The notes under the pieces are model-generated. The model did no database searches. It worked only from the letters and a program-made list of their open reading frames with translations, and was not told the DNA's origin. A DNA stretch of 61,599 nt, filler included, from Hausera hauseri (lineage: Eukaryota), in NCBI GenBank assembly GCA_046269625.1. It is 11 parts of 11 records of this genome, joined end to end, with 100 filler letters (N's around TTAATTAATTAA, not from the genome) between each part and the next. Parts side by side here need not be neighbours in the genome. Positions count along the whole stretch, not along the records: positions 48,916 to 53,091 come from JBJURY010719546.1; positions 53,192 to 57,401 come from JBJURY010698771.1; positions 57,502 to 61,599 come from JBJURY010764095.1; 8 more parts are not named here. One strand, written 5' to 3'. Made by a program: the position numbers and the translations under genes. This document shows, piece by piece, positions 50,805 through 61,599 of this stretch (positions are counted from its first letter, which is position 1; the number at the start of each line of letters is the position of its first letter).

Positions 50805-51747
50805 TTGAATTTTGAATCAACGTCTTACGAAGAGGCCGTCTTAAGAGATTTGAAATGGTTGAAAAACGACACAATGATGGACCAATATACGTGGAAAAGT
50901 GATGAAGATAATCAAGTGCTTTACTTTTGCCGAGCACTAGTGAAATCAATGGGTAGACCATTAAAGAACATACAGAATTTGGAGTGTGGCAGTATTGGAA
51001 TATTCGAGCTAGAATTAATAAGATTCAAAACACTTCCACATGCGATGATACTATTCTTCTGCACTTTCGACATAAGAATAATTTAATCACTAAACTGGAG
51101 AGTCATTCGGCCGAGGTATTTAATAAAACTTGCAAAAACAACCTTTAAGAAATTGTTCAGTGAGTTCAGAAAACTATATTACATACTTTTCTTCTAATAC
51201 AACGAATAGTGGTTTTGTGATAAATATTACTTCAATCATATTATTCGACGGTTCTTTTATTCTTAACTATCAAAGAAATTTCTGTGAACGGTATAATGGA
51301 TTTTGGTGTGGAAATGAGTCTGCTGCATGTATTTACCCAAGTATGAAATGTGACAAATTTGATGGAGGAACTGATGAATTCGATTGTCGCTCATCTATCA
51401 ATTCAACTACTGGAAAAACTACACACAAACCAGGAACTGGTTTTATTGACTATATACCGTGGCTGGCTTTGGGAATTTTGCCTCTGATATTAATAATGAC
51501 ATTGATATGTATATGTAATCAACATCGAAGTGAAGTTTACTTTGAAGACAATGATGAAAATCTGGACTTAGAAACGAATCATGAAGAACTTGGTGAAAAA
51601 TTATGGTCGAATCTCGAGGATAGTGATAGACTAAAAAAACTAAACGAACTAACTGCTGAAGATGATGATGTTGTAAAGTGTGTAGACAATGAAGATACAA
51701 ATAAAGATACTTTAATAGCTTACAAACTGTGCACAATCAACCAGTGA
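50805..51747 (+). CDS. CUB/LDLa-like single-pass membrane protein, fragmented
   Basis: SSENYITYFSSN..SGF, FWCGNESAACIYPSMKCD..DGGTDEFDC, TM WLALGILPLILIMTLICIC; frame breaks. Confidence 0.55.
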
Positions 51748-52354
51748 CTAAGGACTGATTGCCAGTATGAAGATATTGACCAATCAATTGCTTTTCAAGG
51801 AGACAAAAATTGCATTTCCATTGATTCCGTTGTTACCAAATACACCAGAGATATACTTGAAGGAAAACGTCATCATCCATTAATTTATCCCACGATTAAG
51901 TCAATCAATATCATGAGTTTATCCCAAATGATAGATGATGATTATGAAGTTCACCTTGAAGATGTCGGTAGTTTGCTACGTAAAGTTGACAAAAGCAAAA
52001 TCCCAGAGGAAATAAGAAATTCCATTACTAGTAAAGAATTTCGTTCCAATTCATTACTATATTTACTGTCGTAGAAGTTTCTCCATCCAATAGCAGTGAC
52101 CTTACAAACAGAAGTTCTGCTAAATCTCCTACTCAGTTAGACGCCGAACCTGAATACCGATCGGATTACATTCTAGTCTGATTTTTGTTTCATTTATACT
52201 AATTTTTGAATATTGGCTATTTCTTTTATGTACATTGGAGATACAGTTTCATAATTATCGATTAAATTATCGTGTACACGTGCTAAATCTGAGAGCTTTT
52301 GTTGTATATTATATATATACTCAGAATCTACATGAATTACCTTTTGTATTTAAA

Positions 52355-52465
52355 GTGTTATTAAAACTTTTTACGTTTTGTGGACTCGGTATTTGGACTT
52401 TTGTCGACTGGGTATTGATTGCGTTTGGTTACTTTAAACCCACCGATGGATCAGTTTATGTATGA
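52355..52465 (+). pseudogene. TM2D3: TM2-domain protein C-terminal exon (TM2D3/almondex-like), isolated
   Basis: LLKLFTFCGLGIWTFVDWVLIAFGYFKPTDGSVYV-stop. Confidence 0.7.
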
Positions 52466-54225
52466 CTTTCTGGTGTGATTTGTTTTAACACATTAATAAA
52501 TTATTTACAGCTTTTGAATTTTCACCCATTTTGTACACTGGAATTTGGATACTATTTTTGTTGTTATTTCGTTATCAGTCGCGATTCTGTTTTTGCCGTA
52601 GCGATCAAAGCTAATTTTGGTGAATACACCTGCTATTCGCGATTTCATTTTCAGGCGGATATTTGTTTCTTTTGGAATTTTATTTCTGATTCTTATTCAA
52701 TTTTTTGGATTATATCTTATATCAGTCTTATTCTGTGCTTACGGATATATTTTACTAAATCTTATATTGTTTGTGCCTAGTTTACAAAGAAATTTGCGAA
52801 ACCCAGAACCATAATTGATAAAGTTAGGCAATTAGGAAGTATCTNNNNNNNNNNGTGATCTAACGGATATTATTCAAATAGATAATAAGTGTAACTATTT
52901 GAAGGATTGTACTGATATATATATCGTATATATGCCAAAACGGTGGCACAATAACAACTGGAATGTTTATGCTATAATGAGATTCCGTACTAATCTTGGA
53001 AATCACACCGTCCATTTTTAGACTTCTCGCTTTACTCATTTGACAAAAAGGGTTCATAGCAACTTCTTGAGCAACAGACAAATTAATAGGCNNNNNNNNN
53101 NNNNNNNNNNNNNNNNNNNNNNNNNNNNNNNNNNNTTAATTAATTAANNNNNNNNNNNNNNNNNNNNNNNNNNNNNNNNNNNNNNNNNNNNATTTCTGCG
53201 CCATCTCAGAGGACTCAAAGGTAAGAGTAAAATTAAAATTTGGATAGATATGATATTGAGATTTCTGCAAGTAGTCTATATAAACACAGACTCTCATTGT
53301 TGTGGAGGAGGGTTTAAATGAAGCTTTTTATTATGCAGGCAGCTTAGAGAGTGCAGCTTGGAAGAAAGCGCTAACTTTTCATAATATTTGTGTATGACAT
53401 GCAACTTTTAATGCAGCTGAAAAATGTCAACATTACCTCTGTGGGTTTATGTAGGGTGTGTGGAGGTCTGTGATGGAAGCAGCGTGTGAATGAGATTACT
53501 GGTCACCTCCTTTTAGGGTCATAAAACAGAGAGGAAAATCTGAATCAAAGGGAAACAGACATTTCAATAGTAAGCTTAGGCGTTAGCGGTTTGTAAAATT
53601 TCATATGCCACAGAAGGTAGTGATTTTAATATATATGAAAATCAGGCAGAACTGTGTGCATGTGTCTCTTAGAATATCACCAGTGGGAGATTTTCACAGC
53701 CTTGCAAACACTGTTGACTCTAACAGAATAAAGAGGGGGGGAATAAAGAAAAAAAGATAAAAATAATTTAAAAATATTTCATTCGACAGAATCCTACAGT
53801 ACATTATGAACGTTCTACGAGGGAGTAAATTTTTGTAAAAAATTATATTATATCAAATGTTGTAACAAAGTACTGTGTAGACATTTCCATCCGTTGTGTC
53901 TATGTATGTTGAATAATAAATTGCAAAAGGAATGAACAATAAAGTCGTGCAATTATAGAATCGAGCTACAAAGTATTGTTCCATGAAATACCGTATAAAA
54001 ATGTCGCTCTGTTTATATTATACTGTTATACTGTTGGTTAACATTTTGTTTATGAATTCATCATTTCAAATGTTTTTCATTCTTTTGTTTATTTTAGCCA
54101 ATCTACTCAATTGCTTCTCTATTCGCATTTTTGAGTGCTGCGTTTACCAGTCTAACAGGTGAGCTCAGAATCTGTGTAAATAATTGGTATATTATGTTGG
54201 TCTTTTCAATTGAATTTTCTGTTAA

Positions 54226-56427
54226 CACTTAAACCGCCGGCGTTGCATAAATGAAATGTTACGCGACTATCGCTAAACCGCCGGGGTTGCATTAATGCAA
54301 TCTCCAACATGTTTGTTAACGACGCATCTGTATTGATAATCTTACATGTTTTATCTTGTAAATTGAAACGATACTGATATAGCAATTAATTATTTTAAAT
54401 AATAGTTATGAAATATTTAAAAGGAATGTCGATGTGCCACGATGAAGAAATCTATGCAGATGATTTATCTTGCAATGAAGAACAGAGTGATTTAGAAAAT
54501 TCTGAAGACGAAGATTTTAGTGACATTTCCGAAGATAGTGATGATTCTGAAATTATACCCGTCACAAAAAAACGTAAAACTAATCACACTCTCGATACAT
54601 CTACTGACTCGGAATCGGACATAAATGATGTTGAAAACGATTGGTCTCAAACTGACAATGAACCATGTCTTGAACAATTTTTGGGAAATACCGGAGTTAC
54701 TTCAAATGTAAACAATCATAAGGATATTTTTGAATCCGTGAAGTTATTCATAGAAGACGATTTTTTTGAGTTATTGGTTCGAGAAACCAATCGTTACCAT
54801 CAACAAAACACTGATAAATTTATAGATTATGCGAAAACAAAAAAGTGGTGTGATGTGACCTTATCAGAAGTAAAAAAATTTTTAGGTTTAATTCTTTTAA
54901 TGGGCCAAATAAGAAAAGACGAACGCGATGAGTATTGGTCAACAGATGATCTTATCTCAACACCAATATTTTCCAAAATCATGTCGCGAAATAGATTCAA
55001 TCAAATATGGCGGGCGTGGCATTTTTCAAATAATGATGAAGTGGGAGCTGATTCAAATAGATTATATAAAATAATTCCTATTTTTAACTATTTCCTCCCG
55101 AAATTCAATCATGTCTACAAACCTGAACAAAACTTATCCTTGGATGAAGCCATGATACCTTGGAGAGGGAGGTTGTGTTTTAGAACGTATAATCCGTCGA
55201 AAATAATAAAATATGGTATTCTTGTTCGAATGGTTTGTGAATCCAGAACTGGATATATATGTAACATGGATATTTATTGTGGTACAGGCACAAAATTAAT
55301 CGATACAGTTAACAAACTTATTAATCCTTATTCCAATTTATGGCATCACTTGTACATGGACAATTATTATAACAGTGTACAAAATTGTGATATGTTGTTT
55401 CAAAAGAAGATTAGATGCTGCGGTACGATAAGGGCAAATAGAGGTGTACCAAATGTTTTAAAAAATCTAAAACTAAAATTTGGAGAATCGGCATATCGAA
55501 GAAAAGGAAATACACTAATTCAAGTATGGAAATCCAAACGAGATGTTCGAATGATTTCGAATATTCATTCTGCTGCAATCATTGAAACTACAACAACAGA
55601 TAGAAAAACGGGAGAGAGAATTAAAAAACCAATTACAGTCCTAGAATACAACAAGCATATGAAAGGAGTAGATCGTGCCGATCAATACTTATCTTATTAT
55701 TCAAATTTAAGAAAATGTACAAAATGGACAAAAAGAGTAGCGATTTATTTAATTAATTGCGCTCTTTTCAACGCTTTTTGTGTTTACAAAAAATTAAATA
55801 GTAAAACAAATGTTACGTATAAGATATTTTTACGGGAAGTTGCACGGCACTGGATTAGTGATATTACATCTGACCAGGAAGAAATACTAAGTCAAAAAGT
55901 AGGATCATCAACTAGACATCAGCATGATCCACCACAAAGATTGTCTTTAGAAATGAAAAAGCACAGAATTACGAAAATTTTAGGACCAGAAAATAAGCAA
56001 TGTCGAAGACGGTGCCGTGTATGTGCATTTCATAAAAAAATAAGTCTTACTTTATTCATGTGTAGTTATTGTAATATTCCACTTCACAGAGGTACTTGTT
56101 TTGAAAATTATCATGTAAAGAAAAACTATTAGAATTAGGTATTTTGTTGTATTATTTATATTTTATTTTATAATATAATTTGTGTACATATACGTATACG
56201 TACGTATACGTATATACACGTATATACACGTAAATGTAATAGAACTATAAATTTGTTAAAATGAAAAAACAAATCCTTTTAATTAGTATCTATACCTTAT
56301 TGGTACAGTTTGGGACCATCATAATGTAAAAATTATAATTTTTGTAAAAAATTTCGAATTAAAAAAATGCAAATAAATGCCGGCGGTTTAAGTACATCCG
56401 CGATTAAAACAGTAGGCTGTCAAAGTG
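54226..56427 (+). mobile_element. Full-length piggyBac transposon, 2202 bp
   Basis: TTAA|CACTTAAACCGCC .. GGCTGTCAAAGTG|TTAA; subterminal repeats at ~54274 and 56379-56393. Confidence 0.88.
54408..56132 (+). CDS. piggyBac transposase (PGBD4-like), intact 574 aa
   Basis: Catalytic DDD: SLDEAM, YMDNYYNS, KGVDRADQ; C-terminal CRVC..CSYC..H..C..H domain. Confidence 0.96.
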   Translation: MKYLKGMSMCHDEEIYADDLSCNEEQSDLENSEDEDFSDISEDSDDSEIIPVTKKRKTNHTLDTSTDSESDINDVENDWSQTDNEPCLEQFLGNTGVTSNVNNHKDIFESVKLFIEDDFFELLVRETNRYHQQNTDKFIDYAKTKKWCDVTLSEVKKFLGLILLMGQIRKDERDEYWSTDDLISTPIFSKIMSRNRFNQIWRAWHFSNNDEVGADSNRLYKIIPIFNYFLPKFNHVYKPEQNLSLDEAMIPWRGRLCFRTYNPSKIIKYGILVRMVCESRTGYICNMDIYCGTGTKLIDTVNKLINPYSNLWHHLYMDNYYNSVQNCDMLFQKKIRCCGTIRANRGVPNVLKNLKLKFGESAYRRKGNTLIQVWKSKRDVRMISNIHSAAIIETTTTDRKTGERIKKPITVLEYNKHMKGVDRADQYLSYYSNLRKCTKWTKRVAIYLINCALFNAFCVYKKLNSKTNVTYKIFLREVARHWISDITSDQEEILSQKVGSSTRHQHDPPQRLSLEMKKHRITKILGPENKQCRRRCRVCAFHKKISLTLFMCSYCNIPLHRGTCFENYHVKKNY

Positions 56428-56829
56428 TTAAGTTCAATGGAAATTGGCGAAGTTCGGTGTTTTTCAAAAATTTCATTCATTATGTGCCACTTCCTGCATA
56501 CAATCAATAAAATGTTAACGTTTTTTCAGTAGCATTACTGATTCTATAAAATAAAATATTTATTGAATCAAATGTTCTACAGTCTGCGCCTTCAAAAGGA
56601 TTTGCTTAAAAATCTTTAACATTTTTTTATTAAAGAATTTGTGATAAAGTTTGGAAAGATACGTTGTGCGATTAATAAGTACCCAGACTGAGACAGAAAG
56701 CCAATTCCAATCAACATAATTTTTATAACACAACAAGTTGGCCATACATAAGCATCATTTCTCTACATAAGACTCAATTCCCTCCTCATATCTCTTCTAA
56801 CGGGTAACAAGTTCCAGGAATGCATCCTG

Positions 56830-57240
56830 GAAGAATTTTTGGGAAATTCGACAAGGAATTTCTCCGCTGTGCCTCTCAGTTCGTTGGAATCAGAGAAGCG
56901 TTGGCCGCGCTAATGCTTTTTCATACTTCGAAAGAGTCAGAAATCATTCGGCGCGAGATCGGGACTGTATAGCATATGATCTCAACAGCTGCCCGAGAAA
57001 TGGCTGCTATGTGCACAAGTGCATTATCGTATAAAAACCATAGCGGAAGGCCTCTGGATTTCCTTCTTTCACGACGGGCAGCTATAGTAAGGTCACTAAT
57101 ACTTAGCACTGATCGTGGTGTACTTGTCTGCAAAGTCCATTGACACAAATCCATTGACTTCGTAGGAAATGGACAACATCCACGTTCTTCCATGTGATGT
57201 CCCTGAGCACATCTTCAATAATGGCTTCTTGCCATGTAAT
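56830..57240 (-). mobile_element. Mariner transposase remnant
   Basis: FLYDNALVH and YSPDLAPNDF*LF. Confidence 0.8.
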
Positions 57241-57501
57241 TTCCATTGTACCGAGTCTCGTTTAAATTAAAGCAAGTACTGACACCTCTGATACAGTAGG
57301 GGGAAAATACCGCTTCTGGCTCAACCCCGGGGGGGGGGGTTGGATCGATAAATCGATTTGCACATGTGCCGATCGATAGAGCACCCGGAACACTATCGAT
57401 CNNNNNNNNNNNNNNNNNNNNNNNNNNNNNNNNNNNNNNNNNNNNTTAATTAATTAANNNNNNNNNNNNNNNNNNNNNNNNNNNNNNNNNNNNNNNNNNN
57501 N

Positions 57502-57514
57502 AGGGAGAGAGAGG

Positions 57515-57576
<62 letters not shown>

Positions 57577-57605
57577 AAAAAAAAAAGAGAGAAAGAGAAG
57601 AAAGA
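57502..57605. repeat. (AG)n microsatellite
   Basis: Direct observation. Confidence 0.95.
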
Positions 57606-57869
57606 AGCGATACACCCTCATGTCCCTAGAAATGGATAATGTGATAGCGTTCTTCAGGCTGGCAGAGTGATAAGGCGGTTGGTCTGCCAAGGGTTTTGTT
57701 CAGATCAGGGACCCGGATCGCGAGCTCCATTACCTGTAAATAATGGTACCATGGTTATTTTTTTTCCTCCTCTGTTATTGCTATGGATGTAAAGCTGCAA
57801 TCAATTAGCTCACGCTGCGATCGATTAGGTCACGTGTCGATTCCTGACAAGGATGTTCATCATAATCAT

Positions 57870-58560
57870 CATGTGTCCTGTTCTTTGCAGAAAGTCGCCC
57901 TTAACCACAGCCTGTCTGAAAGACCTATCTCTAGTCAGGTCGCCTGTGTTCCTCAAGTCGTAGTCAGAGTCTTGTGGTCAACGTCGTCTTGGTCTTCCCG
58001 TGACTCCCGTATCAGGAACAATAGCTTTCGTGTCTATTCTCTCCATGCCACCAGACGTTTAATGTGGCCAAAATATTTCAGTTTTCGAGATACTGTGTAT
58101 CAGGGCCGGCTATGGGTCACCGCCAGCACTGGACTTCCGTCTCCAACCCTTCCTTTAAAGGCAATGTGATGAAATGTTCCACATTTTATGGAATGTTATA
58201 CAACAGTCAGCCACAACACAAACGGCCAGAACAAACACACATTTTTTCAAAGGCCCGTGTACATTCTACACTTTCCTGTGTTTCACCACTCAATGATCAT
58301 AGGGGAACACAGATGGTAATGGGTGATCCATGTCTTAAGAATGTCGGCTGGCACACTGCATAAGTTCGTTCTCCAAGCCATCCACTGGACACCCCGTGGA
58401 CAGCGAAACTCTGGAAAACCCAAGCAGACATGGCAAACAACAACGGAAAAACAACAGGAAAATGGATATTTAAGATTTCAGACGATTGCAAGAACAGCGA
58501 AAGAGAGATCGAAGTGGAGGGGCCATAACATTGCTTCAAGCAGGTGTACTGAGTGTGTTT
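57870..58560. mobile_element. Two RTE 3'-end fragments in opposite orientations
   Basis: Minus RKLKYFGHIKR..GRPRRR; plus HVLRM..AIHWTPRGQRNSGKPKQTW. Confidence 0.7.
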
Positions 58561-58676
58561 CATCAATCAAGCAAGCATCACAATTCCTCACTTATTTAGT
58601 GTTATAATAAAGTGCCCATGCATACGTTTCACCGACTTTCACCCTATTACGCAATCTACCCTTTTTATTCTCACTA

Positions 58677-58823
58677 GGGGACGGAGGTGTGTGGGCGGCG
58701 AATACACAGTGTCGGCGAATACACAGTGTCAAGGCTGATGCTTCATAGTTAGCCAAGACCCTCTGCCCACGTCTACGTCGTCGTCCCCAGGTAACGGTAG
58801 GGAAACCTGCCGGCTATCGGGCG
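58677..58823 (+). ncRNA. HDV-like ribozyme at an Ingi-like LINE 5' end
   Basis: P1 GGGGACG/CGUCCCC, P2 UGCCC/GGGCG, P3 ACG/CGU, L3 UCUACGU, P4 CGGUAGG-GAAA-CCUGCCG, catalytic C at 58814; downstream ELTLGDMEN is 2A-like. Confidence 0.75.
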
Positions 58824-59532
58824 TAGGCTCGGGATGTTTCCCAATTGAGTGGTGGATCACTTCCAGGAGGCCAAGCATTGCACTAAAACCTGAAGGACCT
58901 TGGTCCGCCTCACAGACTCCACCCGGACAACATGAAAGCTCAGCTACCCTCGTTGATAGTCCTTCTCGGGACTAGAACAGCTTTTCTTGGGCTCATCGGG
59001 AAGAGCTGACTCTCGGTGATATGGAGAACAAGAACAAGATTCTCACTGAGAGGTGAACTCCACAATTAAAAAAAAAAAATCAGTTTCATATGTTCACGCC
59101 ACTGAATATTCAGGAAATTATCATATAAACTGCATTTTATATGCAATTCATCACAATATTGTCATACATATTTTCAGACTCAGGCTTCGCTCACAAGAGC
59201 AAACTACGTTAAACTGCTACATATGTAAACAGCACAGCAAGTAGCTGCATTCATCTTCCACCATCTCTTACAAAATTAGTTACATTGCAGAATCGTACAA
59301 ATAAGCAGTCACGCGAATCCCGTTCTCACCACACACGCACCATTCATAAACTCATTGGAGTAAACTGCATTCATGGAAATAAAAGTAATCATGTCGCATC
59401 ATATTATACATAATCATTAGTAATCATGACATTTCCCGGCACTAAACAAGTTCTTGGATTAAATCAACAAGTATCATTAATCAAGCAGCAGACTTGTTGC
59501 ATGTGTAATAATATAGGCTGTCAGTAAGGTTG

Positions 59533-60720
59533 TTAGTCAATACTGCTGAGGTAATCAAACAATTTAGAGTTGAATGTATATGGACTGTAGGAGTTCTTCA
59601 AGCTGTTTGGAAGACCATTCCAAAGCTGGGCAGCAGAAAATGAAAAACTCTTCTTAAACAAGTCAAGATTAGCTCGAGGTATATGAATGGTTTTCAATCG
59701 TTGGCTATGTCTGCCATCTGAGTTCAACGTTGACCATAGATATGATGGAACATTATGTGACAAAATCTTGTGAGCTAGTTTAGCCTTGTTGAAGTCAAAC
59801 CTTTTTCTAAGAGGCAGCAACTTAAGATGCTGGAAAGCTTCTCTGCTGCGTTCAGGTCGTCTATTACAGATTAGTCGTACAGCTCGCTTCTGGAGTGAGT
59901 ATAGCCTTTTAGTGTTAGAGTCGGCACATCCATCCCAAACAGTAGAGCAGTAGTCTATATGTGACTGTATCTGTGTTATGTAAAATATCCTCCTTGTATT
60001 TTCATTTAGGAAGTTTTTAATTTTGGCCAACTGATACACCTTTTGAGCTACAAAGCTTAGTCACTGCTTGAGCTGGGGTTTCTTAGTGAAGTTTTGGTCA
60101 ATGATCACACCAAATGATTTACATTCATTTACAATTTTTATGGATGAGTTTCCAAAACCCGCTGAAGTGCCTTAATGTTATTAACACAGATTTCGTCTTC
60201 TTGATGTTGACCACCATCCTGTTCCTGTTGCTCCAGTCAACCGAAGTGTCCAACTCTTTTTGTAAGGTGTTTCCTAATATGTCACAGTCTGCATTATTCT
60301 TGTAGACAGTAATCAGCAAAAATTTTAGATCACAGGATAAAAACTGAGATGCAATGGAAAGTCATTAATATAGACTGGAAAAAGCAGGGGGGCAAGCACA
60401 GATACTTGAGGAACACCAGCATTGACTGGTGTGGGCTGGGAAATTGAGTTATTAAAGGATACAACTTGCTGCCTATCTTTCAAGAAAGAACTAATTATTT
60501 TGACTAAACTAGTGTTAGTTTTCATACATTAGGATGGAGTGGTTAAACATATCAAAGGCTTTTTTTTTAAAACACTACAAATATTGCACTACAAAACTCA
60601 TTATTATTGATGTTAGAATACCAATGTTTAGTCATTGTTGTAAAGGCTCTGTGACAGGAATGTTTTGGTCTAAACTCACATTGGTTATCAATTAATGGAG
60701 TAGTGGGAAACAATATTAAA
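59533..60720 (-). mobile_element. CR1-group (Crack/Daphne-like) LINE RT, 5' truncated, decayed
   Basis: FRPKHSC, GVPQVSVLAPLLF, IQSHIDYCSTVWD, KKSFSFSAAQLWNGLP. Confidence 0.88.
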
Positions 60721-60722
60721 AA

Positions 60723-60874
60723 ATGAGTAGGGGGTTTTACAAGGATGGCGAAAAATGACAATAACGACTCCGTTACGACCAACAAGGTCTTCATCGGGAT
60801 GAGTAGGGAGTCTTACAAGGATGGCGAAAAAAGACAATAACGACTCCGTTACGACCAACAAAGTCTTCATCGGG
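60723..60874 (-). ncRNA. Two tandem 76-bp units, each with a variant minimal hammerhead
   Basis: CCGAUGA-A-GAC(C/U)-UUGUU-GGUC-GUAAC-GGA-GUC. Confidence 0.55.
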
Positions 60875-61439
60875 CACATCTAACACAGAAGACAGACAAC
60901 ACAAACTAAAACTACATCGCAAGCGTAAGAAAAAGTCACATGGTACATACGTATACCGGATGGAAATGCAGATAGAAGTAGAAAATATCGTGCAGAAGTA
61001 TATTATCAATAAACAAACATCAAAATAAATAGCTAATTAAAGTATATATTGAAAAAAAAACTTAGATGGTATGGCGATACTGAATCGTGAATGAAGTGTT
61101 CAACAACCGCATACAACCAGAACATGGCGTCGAGGGAAATATGACAGAAACGTAAGCGCCACGGTGAAGAGAGACGATTGGATGGGAATGATGAATTCAG
61201 CCAATCACCAATGGACCGTGGAGACATGTGGGACAAGATGAAAGGGAGACGGTTGGAGGGATTGGGCACTGGTCGGAATAAGAAGGCAGATAGGAAGACT
61301 CAAGGACAGGGAAAAACTGTGGGCTATACGAAGCTGGGTGGGGAAAGGAGAAGATGGGCAAGGAACCCATGGGCAGGGTGGAGAGACCGAGAAGGAAAAT
61401 GCCAATAGGGGGTCGAAGAGAAAAAGCAGAGAAGAAGAA

Positions 61440-61599
61440 AACATAGGGAAAGAGGGGGACCAGGGAGGCTCAGTCTGTCGAAAGAGTTAATTGTGGCGGA
61501 ACATGATCCGTTTGACAGTGGTGGTGTGGGGGTGGAAAGTTAAAACCAGTTTAACCCTATGGGGCCGGTTCTTGTGCCGGTGCGTGGGCAGCTTTCCTA
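61440..61599 (-). mobile_element. Penelope RT-EN linker remnant
   Basis: RVKLVLTFHPHTTTVKRIMFRH resembles the Penelope RxPLVLTYHP motif; upstream of the hammerhead repeats on the same strand. Confidence 0.5.

Noticed and set aside
60723-60874. CRISPR-like repeat
   Set aside because: Two adjacent units without spacers, no cas genes, eukaryotic context.

Overview
The window is not one locus. It is 11 unrelated eukaryotic contigs joined by ten 100-bp N44-TTAATTAATTAA-N44 linkers: A 1-9214, B 9315-14346, C 14447-21475, D 21576-27794, E 27895-34359, F 34460-38815, G 38916-43918, H 44019-48815, I 48916-53091, J 53192-57401, K 57502-61599. Most of it is decayed transposable-element DNA: Gypsy, Polinton/Maverick, pogo, mariner, Penelope, Ingi-like, RTE and CR1-group LINEs, tRNA-SINEs and a 4.6-kb (TTCG)n array. 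Host genes are SETD1 and SEC61G with 41-54 nt introns, decayed NCKAP1 and TM2D3 pieces, and one EGF exon. One piggyBac looks intact. The standout is contig G, a bidirectionally organised virus-like element. Its minus arm encodes a CRESS-type HUH+SF3 Rep and an orphan protein, both restored by removing 32-36 nt GT-AG micro-introns. Its plus strand carries the end of a second, NS1/E1-type SF3 helicase plus basic orphan ORFs. Between the arms is a control region with hairpins and about ten TGAGCA iteron-like motifs. From memory, the two-helicase layout recalls the planarian element PEVE. Also notable are three covarying HDV-like ribozymes at Ingi-like LINE 5' ends and Penelope-linked hammerhead variants. 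All homology calls come from motif recognition by eye, not from searches.
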